This document shows, piece by piece, positions 24,501 through 35,600 of a stretch of DNA of 64,000 nucleotides. Made by a program: the position numbers and the translations under genes. The notes beneath the pieces were generated by a model. That model worked only from the letters and a program-made list of their open reading frames with translations. It was not told the DNA's origin and searched no databases. The stretch lies in contig CATNEN010000001.1 in the NCBI GenBank assembly GCA_950097015.1, positions 5,332,001 through 5,396,000 on the forward strand, in the 5' to 3' direction. Source of the DNA: Macrostomum hystrix. Lineage: Eukaryota > Animalia > Platyhelminthes. The stretch's first letter is position 1; each line of letters starts with the position of its first letter.

Positions 24501-26047
24501 GCGGCGGTGGGGGCGCCCGCGTACCAACGCTCGGTTGGTCGCCTTTGCCGTAGCGGGTAGCGTCTAGCTGGTGTGCCCGTCGGGGACGTCGCATCGCTAG
24601 CATTGGCAGCGTCGGCAGCATAGGCTCCGCCAAGGTCGACGGTGCCTCGGCTGTGACTACTGGCGGGGTCACGGGTGTTGTCGGCGGTGGGAGGTCGGCC
24701 GACACCAGCTGGTTGGTGTGCCGCCGGTGGATGGTTCCACGAACGTCGACGGCGCAGTTGCGAGACCCGGCGGACACGACGGTGCCCTCTGTACAGCGGC
24801 CGCCGCCGAGCTGATGTCCCACAGCAGCACTGGGTCGCCGGCATAGAACTCGCGTGCTCGCGGCTGCTGCTCCACCTGCTGCTCTTGGCGCTGCTGCATG
24901 CTGTCCGTCAGCGATGGCATCAGTAGGTCTAGCCGGTTGCGTAGTCTGCGACCGATGAGCAGCTGACTGGGGGCCGCGTCGAGTGGCCGCTTTTGAGCAG
25001 ATTTAGCTTGAGCACCTGCACGAATCTCTCCACCTGGCCGGGTGGAAGGGAGGCGAGAAGACGTGACGAATGCCGTTGCGCCTGGTGAACTCGCTGAATT
25101 CCCCGGAGGTAAACTGTGTGCCGCTGTCAGAGACCAGCACGCGCGGAATGCCCAGTCTCGCGAACACCTCACGGAGACGCTCAAGGGTCGCCGCCGCCGT
25201 CACGCTGTGCACCTGCAAAACCTCCGGCCACTTACTGAAGGCGTCCACAATGACCAGGTAGGTGCGGCCGTTGACGGGCCCGGCGAAGTCAACGTGCAGC
25301 CTGGCCCACGGTTCGGCTGGGAACGGCCACGGCTGCACCGGCGCCTTGGGCGGATCGGCCTGGTTCTCACGATGATGCTGCAGAGTCCTGCCTGTCACCA
25401 GGATTTCGTCAACGAAAACTTGTACCGACTCCAGGTCACCGAGCAGAGAGTCGAGCGTGCGCTGGAACACGGCGCTGGTGCAGTTGATGCCAAATGGCAT
25501 GCGGTTCAGCTGGAACAGACCTCACTGCGTATTAATGGTCAAGAAGATCTTACTGTCCTTAGACAAGGGCGACCAGCAGTGGCAGCCGCAGGTGCTGGCT
25601 GTTCGGCGACGGCGACCGGACGGCGAAATCCTCCTGCCCGACTGGCCGAAAACTTTCTCCAGTGTAGGTACGCAGCACCGTGGAGGTCGGCGACAAGCGC
25701 AAGTCCTGCAGGACCTCCTCTTGCAGATTCTTCGGAATGACAGTGAGGGCGGACCCGATGTCCATCTCGAAACAGCATGGGCTGCCGACAGCATTGATGT
25801 TTTTGGAGCGTAGTGATCCTTCAGCTGCTGTGTCAAAGTTTCGTAGGGCTTGGAGGACACTGCATCTGGCAGTGAAAGGTTGCGGAGCAGCTTGTATGTC
25901 TCTTCTCCAATGACGGTGATCAGGGTTGCAACCTTCGCTACATCTTTAACTTCCTTGTAAACCAGGTACTGATCTAGCCTCTCGATGTAAACCTCAACAT
26001 CAGAGTTTGCAGAGTGTGGAAATAGTCGCAGCCATCCTTGTCGTCAC

Positions 26048-26241
26048 TGTGAAGTCGTGAGTCTATTGAAGAACAGAAGCGAACACATTGAGCAGATTGT
26101 AGGACAGTCACACTCGCGAACTCTAGCCATTCACCTTAGTTCCTTATATATTGTGCCAGACCGGCATGATTCAGCAAATACACGAGATAGCAATAGGGTG
26201 GAGGATGGGTGGTCTTGTACAACACATCATAGTAAATAACA
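26048..26241 (-). repeat. 5' LTR
   Basis: Direct repeat of 24307-24500; adjacent to the PBS-like sequence and the start of gag. Confidence 0.85.
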
Positions 26242-29076
26242 GCAGCGGGGGTGGCGCTTGTGTACTTAAAAACTGAACAAACAATGACAGTGACTACACT
26301 AACAATTGTCAATTGTCATAGCCAATAAACATTAAAATTCATAAAAAAATTATTTTAGTTCTCACATAGACATTTTTTAATTTGTAATTCTTAGAAAATA
26401 TGAATTTTAACAAACCTATTTTTGTAATATTTTTATGACATTCTTTGAGCAATAGGATTCTTGATTTTATATTTTCTTTGAGTCACTGTATACTGTTAAA
26501 ATTATAAATTAACACAAGTGACTAACTTTTTTTAGATCAAGAAATATATTTGAATATGCAAAATAGAAATGATATACCTTGGCAAATACCTGTTGGCCAA
26601 AATACAACAAAGAACCACTTTGCAGGTTGGCAGACAGCATACACATGCAGTCAGTTTTAGTTATTGTTAAGTTATCTAAAAAGTAGATAAAATATATTAG
26701 CAGGTAAACTACAATAAAGAAAATATATATTTCCTAGAAATTTTAATAAAACTAGTTTCTATTCTAATAAATTTCACTGGCACTTTTCAAGATTGGGATA
26801 ATTAGGCAGAAAATATATGCTATATGGCATATATGGCATATATTTAAGCAAAAATTGATGGATTGGTGAATGAGATCAAGGAATAGTTCATGGCAAACAA
26901 TAGAAAACAATTGGTAATTTTGTTTAAAAGTTGAGTTGACCCAAAATTTTATCAAGCAAAAAATATAGCTATTTTTTAACAGACAACTAGGAAATGTGTG
27001 TAGTCCTAGCATAGATTAAATTTTAATAGATACATTTAATTACTAGAGTTTACATTTCTACATGCTAATAATATGCTATGTTATTTAATAGCAATCCTGC
27101 CAATCTTTCATTGATTGTATCAAATTGTACTTTAACCAAGTTATTGTTTTAATTTAAAATTAGCACAGTAACTTAGAATTTCTAAATTAAGTTATAATTT
27201 TAACAGTAACTTATCGATTACATTTGCTTCCATGCTACGCAACAACAAGTCTTACTAACTTACAATAGTACAAAGTATTGATCATTTGGGGTCTGGGGAA
27301 AGGGTACGCAACTTTACAGGAAATGGAACATCGATTTTATTTTATTGCCGTTGCATTCGGCAAAACAAATTTTTAGAGGCTAGCGTAGGTTAGAATTAAC
27401 AAAAAAGTCAAGCTCAAAAAAAATAGAAATGAGATCCCTTATTGTATTGAAATTATAATATATATTAAGTTTTTCTGTTGTCAGTAGGCTCGGAAACTAA
27501 GAGCACGTAAAACTTGAATTCTGCGAACTTAATTTTGCATGCCTTCTTAGCGACATGCAGGTTGCAGAGCTAATGCAGTGCCAGAAACATGGCATAATAA
27601 TTACAATGATCTTCTGCAGCATACAGCCCACTGGTGAATGTGGTGCGAGTAATTCTAAAAGCCGTTCATGGTCAAACTCACTAATTAGTTCTCCGATCCC
27701 TTAGTCAAAAAACAAACAACAGAAGTATTATTTAAATTTTGAAAGGATTTTTAGCTAACTTAGTTTTAATTGTCACAACATAAAAAGCCTAAAAGCATAA
27801 AAGCATAGAAGCATAAATGCATACAAAAACATAAAAATGAAAGTACTGGTTTTCTCGATTTGTGCCTGTATTAGCTGTTTCTAGTCGATGATTTGTCGTA
27901 TTTTTGTTGATTTTTTGTTTACTTTCTAAAGTGTGTTAAGCTATGGCGCATAAACACCGTGGGACGCAGATCTCGATGCGGGAGTGTTGTATTGCTAAAG
28001 CATATATATATATGCCTCAGATGAGCGTTGTGTTGAGCAAAACACACAGTCCCTGATTTTGAATTAAAAAAAAGAGAGACATTTGAATGAGTTGCCACGC
28101 GCATAGCGCAGAAAAGATTCGCAAGTTTATTTTAATTACATTTCGCTCATTTTAATTTTTTTATTTATCGGGATAGCGATTTTAGTAAACAGATTTTTTC
28201 AAAATATTACACATAAATTAGTACGATTTTATTGAATGCAGTCGACGAAAAAGAAAAAGCCCGTGCGATTTCACGACACTTCTGTCTAGAAATTTAACTT
28301 AGTAATGAGTTGACGAAGAATAAAATATAAAATATATAATTCTCGAATGCATTTACCCGCGTAAAACATGCTACTTAATATAAAAACATATTTGATAAAC
28401 GACATTTATTTAGTTTCCACAGTAGACGTCAAAGTGTTATACTTATTAACTACTATTGACTTCCAGAGTCATCATGTGCAGGAATAGAGCATCATGAGAA
28501 CTTAACCGATAAAACATGGAAACGTACACTAGGCAAATCAGATCGAGTGTGTAGAAATATAAGTGAGCTATGCTTTCATTATAAAAAATCACCATGCTTT
28601 CAAATCCTTTCAATGCCTTTTTATAACAAACCATTTTATATTGGTTATACATACTGAGTGGCAAGCATTTATGCAAAAAATGATGGTTTTAAAACAATAT
28701 AAAACATTATAACAAAGAGTTTCTTTAATCATGCTAACTAAACTCAAAAGCTTAAATCGCAAACGAAAAACTGAAGCAGATGAAAATAAAATTGTTAAAA
28801 CGATTTACAAACGTACGAGGGATTTTGGATCATGATAAGGTGTAAAATGTGGCCAAACATACAAGTAATATATGTTCATTATGAAAGATCGACTTTTTGT
28901 GTTAACACAAACTGCTTAATTATCTAGACAACGAAAGTGGATATAAAAATAAATCATATTTAAATAATTGTTGAAAAAATACAATTAATAAGTGGAATGT
29001 GAGCAAGATACAGCCTTTTGTGCCTATACTTAAGTACCTTTTAATAAATAAAGCTAAAAATTATTACTTTTTACTT

Positions 29077-29598
29077 TTGCGAGAGGACTGTGAGCAATGG
29101 CAAATGATTTGGTGGCACTAGACCTGCAGCCAGCAATGCATGCAATTCTGCCCATTCGGCTGACTTCCGAGCACACATGCACACAGATGCCGTACGCAGG
29201 CACATTACTCAAGCAGGTGTGTACATCTGCCCTGCATTACACTATTATTGGTAGAATTTTTCAATTCGCTTCTCTTTTTTGGTAACAGCATTAGCTGGGG
29301 CAATTGAGGGTTGGTGTAGCGTCTACCAAGTCCATGGACTTAACAGCCGTGCGCAGCCTTCAGATGCGCCGCGCAATAGCTGCGGCTGTGCTGTCGGCTG
29401 CACATCTGGCCGATTAGGGCAGGTGTAATCAACTATTAATTATTATAATTAGGGCAATTGTTACTCATGAATGGTAATGACAAAAGGCTCCAAGATTTCT
29501 CACCGCGACTGCGACATAACTTAATGTGGCCTCGCTGCGGAATCGAGCTCAAGGACCTCGGTGGGACAGGCAAATGCGTTAATCATTCTGTCACTACT
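29077..29598 (-). mobile_element. SINE family B in two pieces (29077-29236 and 29486-29598) with a family A copy between them
   Basis: 3' part matches 50222-50376; 5' part (atgtggcctcgc...ggaatcga) matches 50482-50550. Confidence 0.7.
29285..29450 (+). mobile_element. SINE family A, 3' part
   Basis: cagatgcgccgcgcaatagctgcggctgtgctgtcggctgcaca...gggcaggtgtaa is nearly the exact reverse complement of 12446-12520. Confidence 0.8.
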
Positions 29599-29698
29599 CT
29601 TGCAAACCTCACCAATCAACTCCAAGCAAACATGCATGCATAAAATCTAGTTTTACTTCAATACTAAGCTATAATTTCAGACACGTGTCCGCACCCGC

Positions 29699-32600
29699 CT
29701 AAATATCACTAGTCGGCAAGTTTCTCAGAGTCGGATGCGCCGCAAAGCCATTTGGACCAACTTCAACAGCTGCCGCTAATATTGAACTCTCCTGCTGCTC
29801 ATCATCGGTCAAGGTGATCCCGGCGGGTCTTGCGCCGCTGCCGCCGTCTTCACCGAGGTCTTCATAGAAATTCACAGACTTTTCTAACTCGTCGAAACGT
29901 TTGATGCAGAAGGCCAACTGGTTGTGCAACCGACTGTCGTGCGAGATTCGGTCACTGCGAGCGAATAGAATTGTACCATTTTTCAGGTTCAAACTATTTT
30001 GAATTTGTTTAATCTGCAGGAAAAATTACTTGTAAGGTTGTCGGCCAGTGGACAAGATAAGGTCCGCCAAGTCTCCATGAACCCATTTCAGCTCTTTCCT
30101 GTCTCACCCCTACAGAATCTTATATTTCTTTTCTAATCCCTCACCCTTCTCGTGTTCATCACTCCCCTGTCCCCCTGTCTTATCTCTCCCCTGTCTCATC
30201 TCTTCCGTATCTCATCTCTTCTCTGTCCCATCTCCCTCCTGTCTCATCTCTCCTCAGTATCATCTGCTCCACCTCATTTACCCATGTCTCATCTCTCCCC
30301 TGTCTCGTCTTCCCCTGTCTCATTTCACTCTCACATCTCACATCACATCTCACATTTCACTCCTGTCTCAGCTGTCTCATCTCCCCCCTATCTCATCTCT
30401 CCACTGTCTCATCTGTCTCATCTTCCCGGTAAGCGTCCCTAAAAAAAGGATTACCTGTCGACTTCAAAGTTCTCATACTGCGCATTGTGCAAGTTGTGCA
30501 AGTCCATCCAAATAGGGTTGGATCTGGAATCGGTGTCAAAGTTTAAGTGTTTGCAATTTTGACAAAATTAACTGCTCTCATTTATGATCATTGGGAAAGA
30601 ATAGAGTGTGCAATTTTACATAACGATTGGCAATTCATATAAAAGTTCAAATATGTTATTCACAAGTGCAACGAGGTTTGTAAATCGAAGCATAATAAAA
30701 TTTTGCATTTCAAAATCAGGACCTGTTTGATGATCATCATGTTTCATGTTTCATCAATGTTTCACGTCTTTCAATAAAAAGATGTAGCCATATTTGCGCA
30801 TTAGACATTTACGAGTATCATTTTAAGTTTTTATTAAACTACACTCGATACATTGATTCTGGTTATAACGACACTTGATCACAATTTTACAATACACAAC
30901 ATCATGCTTTCCATTTTTTCACATTCTTTAAAAACAAAAAAGCATTGTTTATCTGTTGGTGAGGGGAAATTGTTTATCTGTTGGTGCGGAGACATTGTTT
31001 ATCTGTTGGTGAGGGGACATTGTTTATCTGTTGGTGACGGGACATTGGTTATCTGTTGGTGAGGGGACATTGGTTATCTGTTGGTGAGGGGACATTGGAT
31101 ATCTGTTGGTGAGGGGACATTGGTTATCTGTTGGTGAGGGGACATTGGTTATCTGTTGGTGAGGCGACATTGGTTATCTGTTGGTGAGGGGACATTGGTT
31201 ATCTGTTGGTGAGGGGACATTGTTTATCTGTTGGTGAGGGGACATTGTTTATCTGTTGGTGACGGGACATTGGTTATCTGTTGGTGAGGGGACATTGGTT
31301 ATCTGTTGGTGAGGGGACATTGGATATCTGTTGGTGAGGGGACATTGGTTATCTGTTGGTGAGGGGACATTGGTTATCTGTTGGTGAGGCGACATTAGTT
31401 ATCTGTTGGTGAGGGGACATTTGTTATCTGTTGGTGAGGGGACATTGGTTATCTGTTGGTGAGGGGACATTGGTTATCTGTTGGAGGGGACATTGGTTAT
31501 CTGTTGGAGGGGACATTGGTTATCTGTTGGAGGGGACATTGGTTATCTGTTGGAGGGGACATTGGTTATCTGTTGATGAGGGGACATTGGTTATCTGTTG
31601 GAGGGGACATTGGTTATCTGTTGGAGGGGACATTGGTTATCTGTTGGAGGGGACATTGGTTATCTGTTGGAGGGGACATTGGTTATCTGTTGCTGCTTTA
31701 GATATTGAATTCTTTAATGCTGCGGGGACATTTGTTCTATGTAGATGGGGAACATAAGTTCTCTGCTTGTGGTGGAGCGTCTTCTCTGGGTGTTAATATG
31801 TTTTGGGCCACCCGGCGGGCTAAATGACTAGTTTTAATCTCATTAATGCTATTGTATAAAATTTGCTTTTCGAACACTTTTTGTACAATGGTGTGTTGCT
31901 TTTTTGGGCAAAAAAACTGATATGACTAAAGATAAAGCACACTTAGAGTGCAACACTATAGTATAAGTGTGCCGCAGAAAATTAATTTGGTCTAGTGCTA
32001 GCATATTATATATTCGTAGACTATCATTAAAAAACGGATCACCCACTTAGAAAGAATTCGTGTTTACTTTTAGTTTGGTTTATCAACGTAAACTAGCACC
32101 TTGTCTTATCAAGGCAATCAGCCACTTTGACAGGGGGTTTGAGCAAGCTGGTGCTACTAGTTAATTGAAGACTTGAGTTTCCGTATGGGGGATGAACGAA
32201 TTACGACTGCTTAAATTACAAAGCTGATAAGTAACTATATGGAAAACCTCCAGATGTATTAAAACTATTTTTAGGATTTTGTTTCAGAACGGTAAATCCC
32301 CATTGAGGTCACTCCCGGACCCCCGCGTTTCGCTGGCTGTTGATTCGGTGAAGTAAATCCATTTTCGGAAAGTCATGTTGTAGAGGCCCACAACAAGACG
32401 GCACTGCATGTCTTGCTGTTTTCTCTTTTCCAACATCTATTAAAATCTTTCTGTTGTCCATAATCTATATCTACGAGGGGTGTCCCAGAAATAGCGGGAA
32501 AATCGATGCACAGGCAAACTGGTGAAACATAGTTTATTGAAACTCACGTCACTGATAAATAAACATGTCAATTCATTAAAAAGTTATGGCTAAAATAAGA

Positions 32601-35600
32601 ACAAGGGGTAAGGGGTAGAGTTACACCAAGTCAAGGCCCCAACCTAAGTTTGTCCTGAGACAAAATTTTTGCGACAGAAGAAAATGAGCCGAAGCATCAG
32701 TGAACAGAAGCAGAAAAAGGCAACAGACGAGCAGAGAAGCGTGAGCACCAGAATCAAAAGAAGCAGAAGCTGACGCAAGAGATACCCGTGGCACCAACGA
32801 CAGCAAGCACGAGACTTCGCGAATATCGACTTTTTGTGCGCCTCGACAAGACGCCGCTGTTGAGTTTGGATTTTTTTCATTTTCCCTTGTTCAATCGTTC
32901 AATGCTTAGCGTTTCGTCCAAAGAAGGTCAGCGCCAGTTCGTGTACTCCCAATGGAAATTGGGCAAGCGAGGCAGTGAAATTGTAAGCCAGCTGACTGAA
33001 ATCCACGGAGTGAGTGCCATCTCGAAGAGTGCTGTCTATCGCTGGCTTGAAGAGTTCAGTCATGGGCGAACAGACGTTGCTGATGACACAGCCAACCGTG
33101 GCCGTCCGATCTCTCCATCAACAAAGGCACTGATTCAAATGGTGAATGCAGATGCCATCAATGCGCTTCTCACGCGATGGACTAAGTGCTGCGAGCTAAG
33201 GGGGGACTTCGTCGAAAAGTCGTCAGTCGACGGCGATGGCGATGCTGCGGACCGATTCCGCTGGCCTTGACTTGGTGTAACTCTACCCCTTACCCCTTGT
33301 TCTAATTTTAGCCATAACTTTTTAATGAATTGACATATTTACTTGAATAAAAAAGCGTTAGAACTGCTGGATATTTATTTATCAGTGACGTGAGTTTCAA
33401 TAAACAATGTCTCACCAGTTTGCCTATGCATCGATTTTTCCCGCTAATAATCTAATAATCTAAACTTTTCTTGTCAATCAATAGTTATCTTTTGGTCTTT
33501 AAATGACGTAAATAAATTTTAATAATGTAGCTTAGCTTGTTTATTGGCTATAATTCATTAATATTGTATCAAGGGCTTTTTTAACAAACAACTCAAACAG
33601 AGCAATCCGTTTATTTAGGATTCATTGCATTAAATTCGCTTAATTACGAACGTTAAATATAAAAGATTAAAAACAAACCTGAGTTGAAAAATTTTCCTTG
33701 TCGAAGCTTTTGTTGATTAGCGTTGCCGCTTATAAGATTCTCGAAAATGATGACTAGCAAACACACACACATACACAATAAAACTGTCTTTTTGTACTTT
33801 TGTATAGTGCCAATATGAAATTAATGCCACAATAAATGTTTTTAATTGTGATCTGCTCTCGCGTGCAATGTGCTCTAACTCGTACAGGCAAGCAGCTTTT
33901 CTTCAATAGAGTCACACACTTATAAATATTAGATTGCATCATCCAATAGCTTAGATTCGACAGTCAGAACAATGTCTGACTCTCGTCTAGCCGGGGCTTC
34001 ATGGCCTGCGTCGAGTTATTTGGCAGGCCGTTGCCACCACTGGGAGTCTCAGAAAGAGCATTGTTATCAAAGGCGAAGGGGTTTGAGCCCCTATTGAGAA
34101 CAGATCGATCTGGCTGCTGTTGGCCGTTTATAGCTGCGCTTGGCAAATTTTCATTGGCATCCTTGTGTCCATTGCTGCTTTGTTTGTGGGTTGTTGGGTT
34201 TTCAAAAGGCAGGAGAGGAACAAAGTAAATTGGGATTAAGAAGCTTGTATCAGGTAATAAATTCGTGAAGTTAGAAGCATGTTATCATTATGAAGCATAC
34301 AGACATCAATTTTCGTGCGTTTTAAATAAAGTGTCTATCGGAAAAAATGCTCAAAAGCTGGTGTCATTAGTTCGGAATGACAAAAACATAAAAACTAATG
34401 TAAGACCCGTCACCTCATTATATAAAAAGCATTTTCCTGAAGTAAAAGTACAAGCGCATTAAACATTCTCAACGTTTCTGACTAGAGACTGCTGATCACA
34501 TGGACAAAAAAATCACTTCAGAACCTAATATAAGACCTGAGAAACAAGGACGAACTAAAAAATAATCTTCTGTGCTTTCTTCTCTGAAGGGGGCGAAGAT
34601 TGCTAGTCACCTATCTGAAAAAATTCTTTGGCAAGCCCCCTAAAGCTCTGAACTCCTCCCTATACCAACTTAAAAAGAAGAAATAAACAGTTTTTCTGAG
34701 GTATGCAACTAAATAATAGTCAGTTCTAGTGAGATTCAACTACATAGATGTATCAAAAAGGAAGATAATTTACCGAAACACACGAAAAGCAATGCGACTC
34801 ACCCTTCGAACGCGTGTGCATTGGTTCCCGGTGTTTTCAGACCGTCAGAATTTCCACTGGGACCTAACATTTGAAATTCGTATTTGTTATTGCTTTGACG
34901 TGCTGCCAAGAAAAAAAAATTAAGAGATCCTTTCTCCAATCAAAAACAGTTTCTAGATTGTGCAGAAAAGTGAAAATTTCCCTAATGTATGTACATTGTG
35001 TATTATTCGACGAAAACCATGAGGCCATCCTAAAACTTTTCTAATAAACCAAGTTTCCCGTCCTTCTACTCGTATTGGTCATCGATCCCATTATTATGTA
35101 TTTTGTTAACATAATAAAATTGCAGGTGAGTAGCAGAGCGGTTAACGCATTTGCCTCTGAGCTCGATTCCGCGGTGAGGTCACATTAATTTGAGGCGCAG
35201 ACGTGGAGAGAAGGCTTGGTGGCTTGTCGTGCAATTTACCCCCTTGAGGACCAACCTCCAAGGCATAGTGAAATTGTACGCTGCCTGACGATGAGAAAGT
35301 CAGGGCAGATGTACACGCTTGTGTGAGTGTGAGCCTGCGTACAGTATGTGGCGCGTTTGAGCTCAGGAGTCAGCGGAATGGGCAGGGTCTAGTGTCTACA
35401 AATAATGTCTCAGTGCCAACAGCCCTCCTGCAACTATGAATATTATTAACGCAATAAAATAGACACTAATTCGCAGTGCCACTCACCAAAAGCCACAGCC
35501 GTAGCAGCCTTGAGCTTTCGTCGGTACATCCGTCTGCACGACCAGAGTGAAACGCAGGAAAAGAACAGCATGACAGTGAGGCCGCAGGCCACGGCTATCA

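Larger units (their letters stand above)
24307..26241 (-). mobile_element. Internally deleted Ty3/Gypsy LTR retrotransposon (non-autonomous)
   Basis: Two 194-bp TGT...ACA LTRs; PBS-like GTGACGACAAGG next to the 5' LTR; fragments in Gypsy order: gag (YIERLDQY...LITVIGEETYKLLRNL), protease (MDIGSALTVI), RT (RMPFG...FQR...VFVDEILV), integrase (PWARLHVDFAGP...IVDAFSKWPEV...VSDSGTQFTS), tail RRYPLRQRRPTER. Confidence 0.9.

Noticed and set aside
31800-31833. Helitron 3' end (GC-rich stretch followed by CTAG-T) after the 25-bp array
   Set aside because: The hairpin is too imperfect, and no 5' end or second copy was seen.
32283-32440. Third cadherin tail exon
   Set aside because: A good acceptor exists, but the frames are short with no shared motif or convincing PDZ ending; there is no support without RNA data.
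35280-35312. Hammerhead core (CTGACGA..GAAA) in SINE-B; also CTGACGA repeats at 12770-13100 and CTGATGA at ~41011
   Set aside because: There is no room for stems II and III, or GAAA is missing; the SINE motif folds as a plain hairpin.
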